A stretch of 33,730 bases of DNA from Malacoraja senta (Eukaryota), in assembly GCA_038087875.1 (NCBI GenBank), contig JAXLNO010000054.1:1-33730 (forward strand). Reading direction: 5' to 3'. Positions 24,247-33,730 of this stretch are shown here, in pieces. The position numbers and the translations under genes are program-made. Position 1 is the stretch's first letter. Every line of letters begins with the position of its first letter. A model generated the notes under the pieces. The model worked only from the letters and a program-made list of their open reading frames with translations, was not told the origin of the DNA and ran no database searches.

Positions 24247-24379
24247 GTGAATTGGCCTCTGAACATTGTAATCACGGAAAGCTGCATGAACAAGTACAAC
24301 AAGATATTTTCTTTCCTGCTGCAGCTAAAGCATATGGTCTGGACATTAAAGGATGTTTGGTTTCATTTAAAACGTACTG
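24247..24379 (+). CDS. TUBGCP6: TUBGCP6 exon: VNWPLNIVITESCMNKYNKIFSFLLQLKHMVWTLKDVWFHLKRT
   Basis: ttgtag/gtgaga, 133 nt; conserved GCP-family WPLNIVI..KY..IF.FLL motif. Confidence 0.96.
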
Positions 24380-24789
24380 GTGAGAAAAATATTAGCTCTG
24401 GGTTCTTGAACATGGGTTAAGGATCATTGAAATGCTACAGGAAATAGTATTTAAAATTGCATTAAAAAACATTTGTGATTCATTTATTTGGTTGCAATGA
24501 AAGATAAAAGGTTAGATTTTAAGCAGAAGAGTAAATACATATTTAATAATGTGTGTGTGCAGTAGTAGTAGATTCATGTAAACAGCAAAGGTTTTATGGA
24601 TAATCTTTGACTGCCAAGGCAATGTTAGCACATGGTGAAAGTCGATAATGATTGTAGTGCACCTTAAGTGCCTTCATTTAAGGAGCTGCTTTTGAAGTAG
24701 AACCTGTTTTTTTCAGTTGTAGGATCATTAAAAAAAAAATTGGAATCATTGAGGAAAGTCAGAGATGCCCAAGAGGTGCATAGATAGTA

Positions 24790-25020
24790 GTAGATGCAGT
24801 GCAAATGGGTCTTCAGGCCAATGTGTCAAAACCATCAAACATCAATTTACACTAATCCCATTTTTCATCTCTCATTACCATCAACTAGCTCCCCTCTCTG
24901 ATTCTCTTGTCATCGACTTACACCAGGGGCATTAACCTACTGGCCATCATATCTTTGATATGTGAGAGGAAACCGGACCACCCCGAGAAAATCCAGGGAT
25001 ATGTGCAAACCCCACACAAA
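24790..25020 (-). mobile_element. Degraded V-SINE
   Basis: tctttga..tgtgagaggaaaccgga..accccgagaaaatcca is the reverse complement of the V-domain seen at 14185-14230. Confidence 0.55.
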
Positions 25021-25693
25021 TTGCTTTGTGTCGTTGATGGCTGTTTCTCTCTTTATTTAGATGCTGCATGACCTGGTGCTTCTAGCATTTTTGTTTGTTT
25101 TGAGAAGAGGGATTATCTACTCTGAAACTTCATTCTCGGATAGGGTGAAGGGAAACTTGATATTTATTTACAAATATGGAAAATATGGATTTAGTACAGC
25201 TCTGGCTACAATATTCATTGTTGGTGAAAATGGTTTAAATTATTGGAGATAAAAGGAAATTTGGGAAATTTAGTCATTTTTCGTCAGACAAAAAAATGTA
25301 GATTCATTCCTATTGGAAAAGTAGCAGAGTGTCTCTTGTCAGCTAGGAAACCGATGATGTGGATAAACCATAGATCTTCTACACGAAGCATAACTTTAAG
25401 TTCAGGGAACATAGTACTATTGGAGTGCTTCTTAAGTTGTGAAGAGGGAATTCAAATTTGTGAATTGCTCATAAATCTCTTTATATATTATGTACCACAA
25501 ACTAACCATATTCAGAAACTGGAATAGATAGACCTGCCATTGTGATATTTACATTTAAAGTTAGTCAAAAATAATTCGGACTATCTAATTTCATTTACTG
25601 TTATTACCACCTACAAATGCAGGTCCCTTTTGTTTTGTGTCATAATTCCTTTCAATTTTGCAGACTGAAAATTTTAACTTGTTTTTATTTTAG

Positions 25694-25907
25694 CTTTAGT
25701 TAACCGCTCTTCAAATTCGGTCCAGTTGCACCAGCTTCAAATCTATCGACATGAAATGCAGCATTTTGTCAAAGTCATTCAAGGTTACATTGCTAATCAA
25801 ATTTTGCACGTTACTTGGTGTGAATTCGGACACAAGTTGTCATCAGTTGGAAATCTGGATGAACTCCACAGAACACATGCAGAATACCTCAACAAAGGCA
25901 TTTTCAG
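25694..25907 (+). CDS. TUBGCP6: TUBGCP6 exon: (A)LVNRSSNSVQLHQLQIYRHEMQHFVKVIQGYIANQILHVTWCEF...HAEYLNKGIF(R)
   Basis: ttttag acceptor, 214 nt, closely similar to human; the homology-predicted donor is AG|GCAAGA (GC-AG). Confidence 0.93.
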
Positions 25908-26579
25908 GCAAGAATTTCTGTACTTTTGTTAGCAGCATTCTGAGAGTTGCTTAACATATCTTTTGTAACTAAAATTATTAGGCTGCACGTTTCCTTTGAT
26001 AAATCAAGAAATGTTGGGGGAGAAGGTTAACTAATGAGACTGTTGAGAAGGAGCCTTTCTGGCTGTCAGCTAATCATTGTGTTAGACATGAGATAAACTG
26101 TGACCTTTTGTTTAATTATGATTATTGAACATAGTGAAATGAGAAATATATCATTAATCTGGAGAATAATCCAAATCATTTGCATTTGTTCTAAAAAGGT
26201 AGGAATCCATTTTGACAGTATGATTCTGAGGTAACAGTGCAATTAAAAAATCACATGGGGAAAATGAAAAGCTCAAATTCAAGTTGAAATTAATGTGGCC
26301 ATTAGATACACGTCTAATTCTGTGATTAGAACGGGGGTGGGGGAGAGAGATGATTAGAAATATAAAAAGTACATATCCAGTTGTCTGGTTGGCAAAAGAA
26401 GCACTGCAGTTTTAATCTCTATCGGATTAAATACTTCAATTTTGGACTTTAACTACACAAATTGAATTGTCATGTAAGTAGCATCCAAAGTAGACAACAG
26501 AATGATGCAGATTGTATTGTTCTTGTAAATGGTAATATTGCTTACTTAAACCAAAATCTTTGTCTATTTTCAATTACAG

Positions 26580-26779
26580 AGGGTTATTGACTGAGAAAGC
26601 TGCTCCAGTGATGAAGATCATTCACAATATTTTTAGCCTGATTCTGAAATTCCGCAGTCAATTGATCTCTCAAGCCTGGCAACATGATGCTGGTGATCAA
26701 ATGGCAATACATCCTAACTTTGTTATGATGCAGCAGTCCTACAAAACATTCAAACATTATTCACACTTCCTATTTAAAG
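26580..26779 (+). CDS. TUBGCP6: TUBGCP6 penultimate exon: GLLTEKAAPVMKIIHNIFSLILKFRSQLISQAW...HYSHFLFK
   Basis: ttacag/gtaaca, 200 nt; closely similar to human. Confidence 0.96.
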
Positions 26780-26914
26780 GTAACACATTTTCAAATACTG
26801 TCAATCTGTTACAATTAATTTGGAGGTAAAGTATACTAAACATCTTACTAATTCTGTAACTGAATGTAAACATTTCAAAATAATGGATATCACAGGCAAT
26901 TAAGTCCACAATCT

Positions 26915-27553
26915 CTTTATAATCAATTTTGGTTATAGCGGTTCCCCGGCCTCTTACAGCCCTGCTGCCCTCAGTCCAGTTTTCACGGATGTTGTTGTAG
27001 CTCACGTTGAACCCCCTGGGGGCAGCACTTGGTGACTGTGGGGCTCTCTCCCCTATCACCAGCTGCTGCTTCTTTTTGTTGTCCATCACTTTGTCCGCTC
27101 CCCTCTCCACTACCACGGCATCCTGCTTCTCCCATCTCTTTGTCCATTCCGCCGCTGCCTCTTCCTCCTTTTCGCCCAGAATCGGCAACATCTGCCGAGG
27201 TGGAATGCGTTGGGGGAGAAGGAGGCAGCACTGGAGGAGGGGGGGGGGGGGGCGCGCGGTCAAGGTGCACCAGCGAGGACTTCTTCACCAGCTGCCCACC
27301 ATCAGTTGACGTGGCTGTTGTGGCAGTCCACATTGTAGCCCCGACAGGACACGCTCGGTCACCGTGTTTGCCCTCCACTGCTGCTTCTTCCCATCACTTT
27401 GTCCACTTTGCTGTCGCCGCCTTGTCCTTCTCCACTGGAGTCCCCAACATCCCCCACCTTGGAATATGTCGGCGACTGCGGGGGACAAGGAGAAGCGGGT
27501 GGCGGTGGACAAATGAGCAGACGAGGAAGAAGTGGCAGTTGGTAAGAAAAATA
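26915..27553 (+). mobile_element. TIR-less internal fragment of the same DNA-transposon family as 21464-22591
   Basis: Collinear with about 21490-22110 (aattttggttata, gcctcttacagccctgctgccct, caaggtgcac, gtccacattgtagccccga, catcccccaccttggaa); flanked by a 29-bp direct repeat. Confidence 0.85.
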
Positions 27554-29118
27554 GATATCACTTGCAATTAAGTCCACTATCTGATTTTTGTATTAGATCA
27601 TTGAGTGAAAATAGGAGTGAACAAACCTAAAAACAATAGCATTACCACAACAATAGACAGTTTTGACTTTTACGGTTAGTCAATACAGTTTTATAAAACA
27701 AAATTATTAAATACCCAGTAGCACAATTAGTGGTTTTGATGCAATGGAAACAATAAAGCAGTGCTTTAAAATAAGTACAATCACTGAAGATTTGAATGTG
27801 ATGTGGGCTTTGCTAGCATTATTACCCATTCCTAATTGTCCTAAAGATGTTAGCCACCTCCTTGAACTGCTGCATGGCTTCTGGTGACAGCTCATAGGGC
27901 TAGTTTGAGGATTTTGATCCAGTGTCTTTGAAGGAATGCTTGTGCGGAGGCAAACCAGCAGATAGTTGTGTTCCCATGTGCCATCTCTTAGTGGGAGAGA
28001 TCACAGGTTTGGAAATCATGTAATTTCCAAAAGGTAAGATGCAAGACAGTAATTTTATACTTTTGCTTATGTAGATGTAACAATATTGTGATAAGACAAA
28101 ATTAAAAGCCTTTCAAAAATATTCTGTTTTACATTATTCCAGAGGCAAACATAACTTGAGTAAATTTCAGTGTAAAACTTTTTTTGTATTCCTACATGTC
28201 ACATTTTCATTATGATTTAGGCTATTCATATTCAGCTCATTGGCCCCAGAGCAATCTCATTCTTGTCAACATTATATACCACTTTTTCCCTGTAACCTGT
28301 TTTCTCATAGATATCAACCCCACCTTTAGTCTCTTATGGCTCAGCTAGACTAGGGTAATTAACCAAGCAACCAGCTCATCACAGGGATGTGGTAGAAAAC
28401 TTCAGCACCCAAGGGAAGCCCAGGGTCACCAAAGTTGTGAGATGGTAGCCATAATTGCTGGACCACAGTGCTGCTAAAAATGTGCAGAATTCCTTCATTA
28501 CAGCACTCTCAAAGCAGTTGGTGTTTATATTAGACTCTGCTGATTCAAGGACAGCCAGCTACAAAATGAATAGTCTGCATTGGTGCTCTATGAAAGGAAA
28601 TTCAAAACATTCTGCCCAATTTAAAAAAAATTCTTTAAGGATCTTTAGGATACAATTCCATGGGTGTTGTTGATCGGTTAGTACTTTTTGTTCCCCACTC
28701 ACTAAATTGAACAGGTGGAAGAATCCCAGGTTAGGACCAAATAAACTAGCATTCATGGACTCTTCTTCCTCCCAGCCTATGAAGTGGGGTTGTTTGGCAC
28801 GAATAGTAATTGCATTTCAAACATCTGACATTGCTTACTGTTTGTGAAGTGTGGGAAGATCAGCTATTTAAATTAGATGATTTTTGAGATCTTGTATGTG
28901 GCTGTTGTGCATATGCCTTCCACCTAGTGTTGAAGATGCAGATGTGACTATAAGATCTGTTGGAGCCGACATACGAGGTCTTAACATGTTAATTTGTGTT
29001 GTGTTGGAAAAATATGGTTCTGTTAGATCAGTTTGGAAATGTGAAATTTCACAAGGAAATGTAACACTCTTTCCCAAAGTCTTCTGATCTTTTAATTTTT
29101 TTCCCATCTCATCCCTAG

Positions 29119-29210
29119 TGGTCACCAAACTTGTCAATCGGGGATATCAGCCACACCTTGAGGACTTCCTGCTGAGAATTAACTTCAATAATTATTATCT
29201 AGATGTTTAA
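29119..29210 (+). CDS. TUBGCP6: TUBGCP6 last coding exon: (V)VTKLVNRGYQPHLEDFLLRINFNNYYLDV*
   Basis: ccctag acceptor, TAA at 29208-29210; matches the GCP6 C-terminus LLRINFNNYY. Confidence 0.97.
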
Positions 29211-29513
29211 CTTTTATGATGTGTTATTGAAAATGGTATCTAAATTACATCATATAAATATTTAATTTTTAAACAATGCATCCAAGTATTTGTCCATGTA
29301 CATATTTGTACATCAGTGATATATCAACATCAGTGTTGTGGAACACTTTATGCCAGTGATGACACAGGTCAGCATTTATAACTTATTATGCAGGGGGATT
29401 AGCATGACATTCAAATTTACTAATCTGCCATATTTATAATTAAAACAATGTTTTTAAAGCTGTATATCTTGATGCACGCTTATTTTTAACCGTATCTTAC
29501 TGGATTTTCTTTC

Positions 29514-29519
29514 AATAAA
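29514..29519 (+). promoter_or_regulatory. Candidate TUBGCP6 polyadenylation signal
   Basis: First AATAAA I find after the stop, about 300 nt downstream (an ATTAAA also lies at 29439-29444). Confidence 0.5.
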
Positions 29520-30044
29520 ATAATTGTATCTCAATCCTCTCACCAATTTGTACTCGCTTCTTACCAGCCTGAAATTTACTGAGTCAGACACAACCATCAT
29601 TTGCAAAGGCATAGCTAGGTGTGGGGAATCTTTCATTATTTTTCTCACAAATGTTGGTGAGCCATTCAGTGGATGCACAGATTAAAGGCTATTGGCATCA
29701 ATGTTGTCCATTTAAAACCCTGTACATCAACGGCTAAGAGTCTAAATTCTGCATTCTTTAAATAGGCTCTGGTTCTATATTCTAATAGGTATAAGTACTG
29801 AGTGTTTCTGTTTTTAAAGTGTTAACTCCATGGTAAAGGAACAAATTCACAGAAACAACTATTGAAGGCATTGGTGACTCACTTTAACTTCCTCACGGAA
29901 TCTTGCTTGTAAAATTGGAATGAGTAAATCTAGGCAGGATTTTTTTGCTATTAAATTGAAATATAGTAATTGTGGTCTTTGACATTTTTCATATTTACTC
30001 TTCCCATCAAACACATCAGATTAAAGCACTTAAAATAATTTGTT

Positions 30045-30310
30045 AGTCAAAGTCAAATGTATTCGTCACATGCAAACGAAGGTGCAGTGAAATGAATTTG
30101 CTAGCAGCGATACTTAAAAAGAATAAACAATAGAATTTAACACAAACATCCACCACAGCATTCTTCACAGTGGTGGAAGGCAACAAAGTTTAGTCAGTCC
30201 TCCTCCTTTGTTCATCCGTGGCCGGGGCCATAAACCCTCCGTAGTCGCAGCTACGGATGGCCGGATGTACAGGCCCTCTCGTCGGGATGATCAAACACAC
30301 CCCGCGTGTG
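30045..30310 (-). mobile_element. Unclassified retroelement 3' fragment
   Basis: Minus strand ends ..TTTCACTGCACC..GTGACGAATACATTTGACTTTGACT (simple-repeat tail); CpG-rich distal part. Confidence 0.4.
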
Positions 30311-30586
30311 CAATAAATACCCATATTTAAGGATTAGTAAATGTTATTTAACTATGCTATTATCAATCTATTTTTAATCGGTGCAGTAATCCACCAAATT
30401 GTAGGAATGGTTAATTCATGAGCACAACTGTTTTAGGCCTAGTCGCAATAGATTGATGTAGGACTTAAGAGAGATGTTTAAAGAATTTGGAGATAAGAAA
30501 ACAATTACCTTGAAATATAATACTAGCTTCAATCCTGCATTTGCGATGAAACTTTAGCAAAGCAAGACAAATTGATATCAATCTCA

Positions 30587-30660
30587 CTTTAGACTTTAGA
30601 GATGCAGTGTGGAAACAGGCCCTTCGGCCCACGTTGACCAGCGATCATCCCGTACACTAA
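30587..30660 (-). mobile_element. V-SINE 3' tail fragment
   Basis: Reverse complement of GATCGCTGGT..GTGGGCCGAAGGGCCTGT..TCTCTAAA as seen at 16660-16710. Confidence 0.7.
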
Positions 30661-30812
30661 ATGGTAACTCAGGGACCCAGTTATGTGCACATCAGTTTCA
30701 ATGATTTGTGACACTAGAATTCAATTAATTAACTGGTTATGAAGCATTTTAACATTCTTACAGTGTGAAATAAGTAGATTTGTCTCATTCATTTACTGTT
30801 TGTGTATTGATA

Positions 30813-30818
30813 TTTATT
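30813..30818 (-). promoter_or_regulatory. Candidate SELENOO polyadenylation signal downstream of the SECIS
   Basis: AATAAA on the minus strand about 200 nt after the SECIS candidate. Confidence 0.4.
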
Positions 30819-31021
30819 GCATTGCAAAAGCAAGACTTGCATACATTTTAAAAAAACATCAGTTTGTTTACAACCAAATTGCTATTTTAAATAGTGTATA
30901 CGTATATAAAAGGTTCCTCAGAAAAGCAGAGTGCAAATTATCATGCAAGGAATTAAAGCTGATTTGTGCGTTAACATTTCTTAAAATGTTGAGCATTTTA
31001 AAAGAATACAACAGTTTCCAC

Positions 31022-31066
31022 ATCTTACAAAAATAGCTCTGTCAGAGTTGATATTTTTGTATTCAT
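31022..31066 (-). promoter_or_regulatory. Candidate SECIS element core (form 2) of SELENOO
   Basis: Minus strand AUGAA-UACAAAAAUA-UC-AA-CUCU-GAC-AGAG-C-UAUUUUUGUA-AGAU: UGA/GA quartet, perfect 10-bp helix II, unpaired AA and apical mini-stem. Helix I looks weak. Confidence 0.62.
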
Positions 31067-32059
31067 GATAACAGATTTTAGCTGGAGAGCTTTTACTTCA
31101 ATGTTAAACCAGCACCTTTGCTCAAAAGTTCTACATCCTCATTTGTACATAATATAATTTAATTGCTGAATTACTTGAAGTAACTGAACACAATGAAATT
31201 ATATTGAATTAAATGGCCTTAAGCTGAATAAAATGTTTGTCTTCAAAACTTGTAAATCATCTCTGCATACGTTATTCAACATAACAGAATAAGCAGTGGT
31301 TTCAAATGGTGTTAGTCCAGCCACCTGAACATCACCCCTTCCTTACTTATTTGGTGTCAGTGTCTGCCACATTCCTCCTTGAACACAGCAATTTGTTTTC
31401 TGTTAGTTGTATAAAAATTGAATCCTCATCCAAATGTCATGGTTTTTAACATGAATTTAGCAGTTAGAGCTTTATTGTGAGTGAACCTGTACACCTTTGC
31501 TGCGGTTGCAAAATAGGGCATCTTGAAGGGATGGTGGAGACAGATACTTAAAGAATTGTACAGATGAGCACTTGAAATACCAAAAGCCACAGCTGAGTAA
31601 TGGAAAATAAGATTATTGCATGTAGGTAGGTGGCTGGCATACAATTGTGTGCTAATTAGTGGCTTGTATAACAATTAGTATTTCATTCCAACAATCTAAC
31701 AAGAAAATCCATGTCAAACAATTCTTGCCTTAAGGACATGATAAGGATATATCTTCCAAAAAAACATGTTATTTTAAAACTAATATTTGAACCACTTTTT
31801 TCACCAATTGGTTGCGGCTGTGATTTGGCTGACCACATTATGGTCAAGGGAATTCATGCTTTATATCAGTGAGGCAGAAAGAATTCAGAAGCATCTGGTA
31901 CTGATTTACATATGGCAAAATCTCCATTTTACATCTGTTGTGAGGAAAAAGTAGTACTCTCTAGTTACCTTGTTTTGGCTTCTCCATCTGTAAAGAAAAC
32001 CTCAGTTTAACAGTCCACCCCTAAAGATTGAGATTTAACCAGAAGCCAAAACAAGGTGT

Positions 32060-32245
32060 TTATGAAGATCAGGTAACTAAAAGTTTCCCAGACCAGTCTG
32101 GTGGCTTGCTGTGGTATGGTATTCTCTTGTTGCTTAAAGGCTCGCATGAAGCTGTAGCCTCCACTGTTGCTTCTTGCATCAGCTCTTCTTCCACGCAGGC
32201 ATCCTCACTGTATGGATGCTCCAGAAGCTTGAGAACCCGTCTGAC
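32060..32245 (-). CDS. SELENOO: SELENOO last exon: VRRVLKLLEHPYSEDAC...YHSKPPDWSGKLLVT-U-SS*
   Basis: cctttag acceptor; 62 codons; in-frame TGA at 32069-32071, then TCT TCA TAA; resembles human VRRVLKLLETPY...YSSKPPLWAAELCVTUSS. Confidence 0.95.
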
Positions 32246-33571
32246 CTAAAGGAACATGATCTTTGAGCATTCAAAAAATAGTTCATTGTGATATTTGCTA
32301 ACTACACACGTCAGAAATTCCAAGAAATTTTTGAAGTTAGCTTAAATTTCAAATGGCAGTTTTTCTTTTTACTATTGATACTTAAATTGGCCCACTTTCT
32401 AGTTTCCATGAGTGCATTTGCAGAATGTAAGAAATGTTTCTTCGCATCATAATAAATTGTGCAAGATAATTTGCTTGAGAAGTCACAGTCCTTACTGATG
32501 ATTTAATAATAGTCGGTACAGCGATGGTTGTGTTCCTAACCTTGTTCTAGAAAATCATGTTATAATGACAATTTTGTCAATGAGGGATTGGGCTTTAAGC
32601 GCTGCAGAATTTCACACTCACAAGTTATTTTTCCTGCAGGATTTTCAAAAATAAAGATCTTTCCAATAGGAATAATTTAATTTTTGTTATTGCATGCTAT
32701 TAACGCACAAGCCTTTTGTTACACTGTTTCAAGTATCATTGTACAAGTGTCATGGAAAATATTGTATGTGAAAGTCAATGGCCACCCGCAGTTAAAGTAG
32801 CAGCTATGTTCTTAAGACAATGGTGTCTGATTATTGTGAAGAGGTTACACGGAAAGATGTGTTTGTTCCTTATAATGTTTAAATCCAAGAGTTTTTTTGC
32901 TTGTCAATTTCCAATGTAATAGTTGAGTGGTTCTCTAGTTCCTAGTCGAAATCACATTATGACCAATTCAACGCACATAATATAAAGAGTGATCCCCAAT
33001 TCATCACTTGTTATATCTAATTCACGTTATGAAAGCACATTATAGCAGAATTACCTGTATAATGAATGTTGTTTCCTAAAACCTATGAACACGTTTAAAC
33101 TGAGAATTTGATCTTCACTGTAATCAGACATTGTTGTCTGATTACAGCTGCTACTTTAACTGTGGATATATTTCTGCAGGGCAACTCATTTTAGAACAGT
33201 TTCATACAAATCTCATGGAGACCAAGCATCTTCCATCGATTATGGAAGAGCAAAAAGAAAATGCTTTGATTAAAAATTCGAAATATTGACAAACGGTATA
33301 TTACAATTATTTTAAAACATGGTATTTAGAAATTTGGGAGAGTTTTGCAATGGACATTATTGCTTTAAAGAAAAATCTTCAATGCTGCACCAGAGTCAGT
33401 AGAGGGTAATACAGCAGAGGGTAAGGGTTGCATTCACAAAAGGTTCTGAACCACAATTCCTGGGTGAATTGGAATGCTTTTCGTACCTTACCCACACCTA
33501 TTACTGTGCAAACTTTAAGAGTACCTTATCATCAGACACTAATCTGCAGAAGGATTGTTACTTTGCACTTA

Positions 33572-33730
<159 letters not shown>

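Noticed and set aside
31295..31335. Minus-strand hairpin GUGAU-G-UUCAGGUGG...CCAUUUGAA as SECIS
   Set aside because: No correctly placed 3' GA after the stem.
31635..31690. Alternative SECIS (AUGAA-AUACUAAUUGU...ACAAUUGUAU)
   Set aside because: A stem can form, but it is followed by GCC rather than the required GA of the quartet.
32028..32249. 73-aa plus-strand ORF
   Set aside because: Antisense shadow of the SELENOO last exon.

Overview
Vertebrate genomic DNA; the repeat content (V-SINE/HE1-type SINEs, CR1 and fish-type L1 LINEs) suggests a cartilaginous fish such as a skate or ray (inference). The + strand carries the last 15 coding exons of TUBGCP6 (gamma-tubulin complex component 6), 1088-29210, which I spliced by hand into one open frame of 3324 nt (1107 aa + stop). 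It includes the large exon with 27-aa tandem repeats and one probable GC-AG intron. Converging on the - strand are the last two exons of SELENOO (selenoprotein O), ending ...KLLVT-U-SS* with an in-frame TGA; a candidate SECIS lies about 1 kb into its 3' UTR. The Cys of the usual CxxU motif is Leu here. The introns hold nested retroelements (an L1 with a 17-bp TSD inside an old CR1; a young CR1 inside a V-SINE), a TA-flanked Tc1/mariner-pogo-type non-autonomous element, and two insertions that look like repair-templated copies. I see no evidence for a wholly new gene system; the most notable items are the Sec recoding unit with its altered motif and the templated insertions. Homology calls rest on recalled sequences, not database searches.
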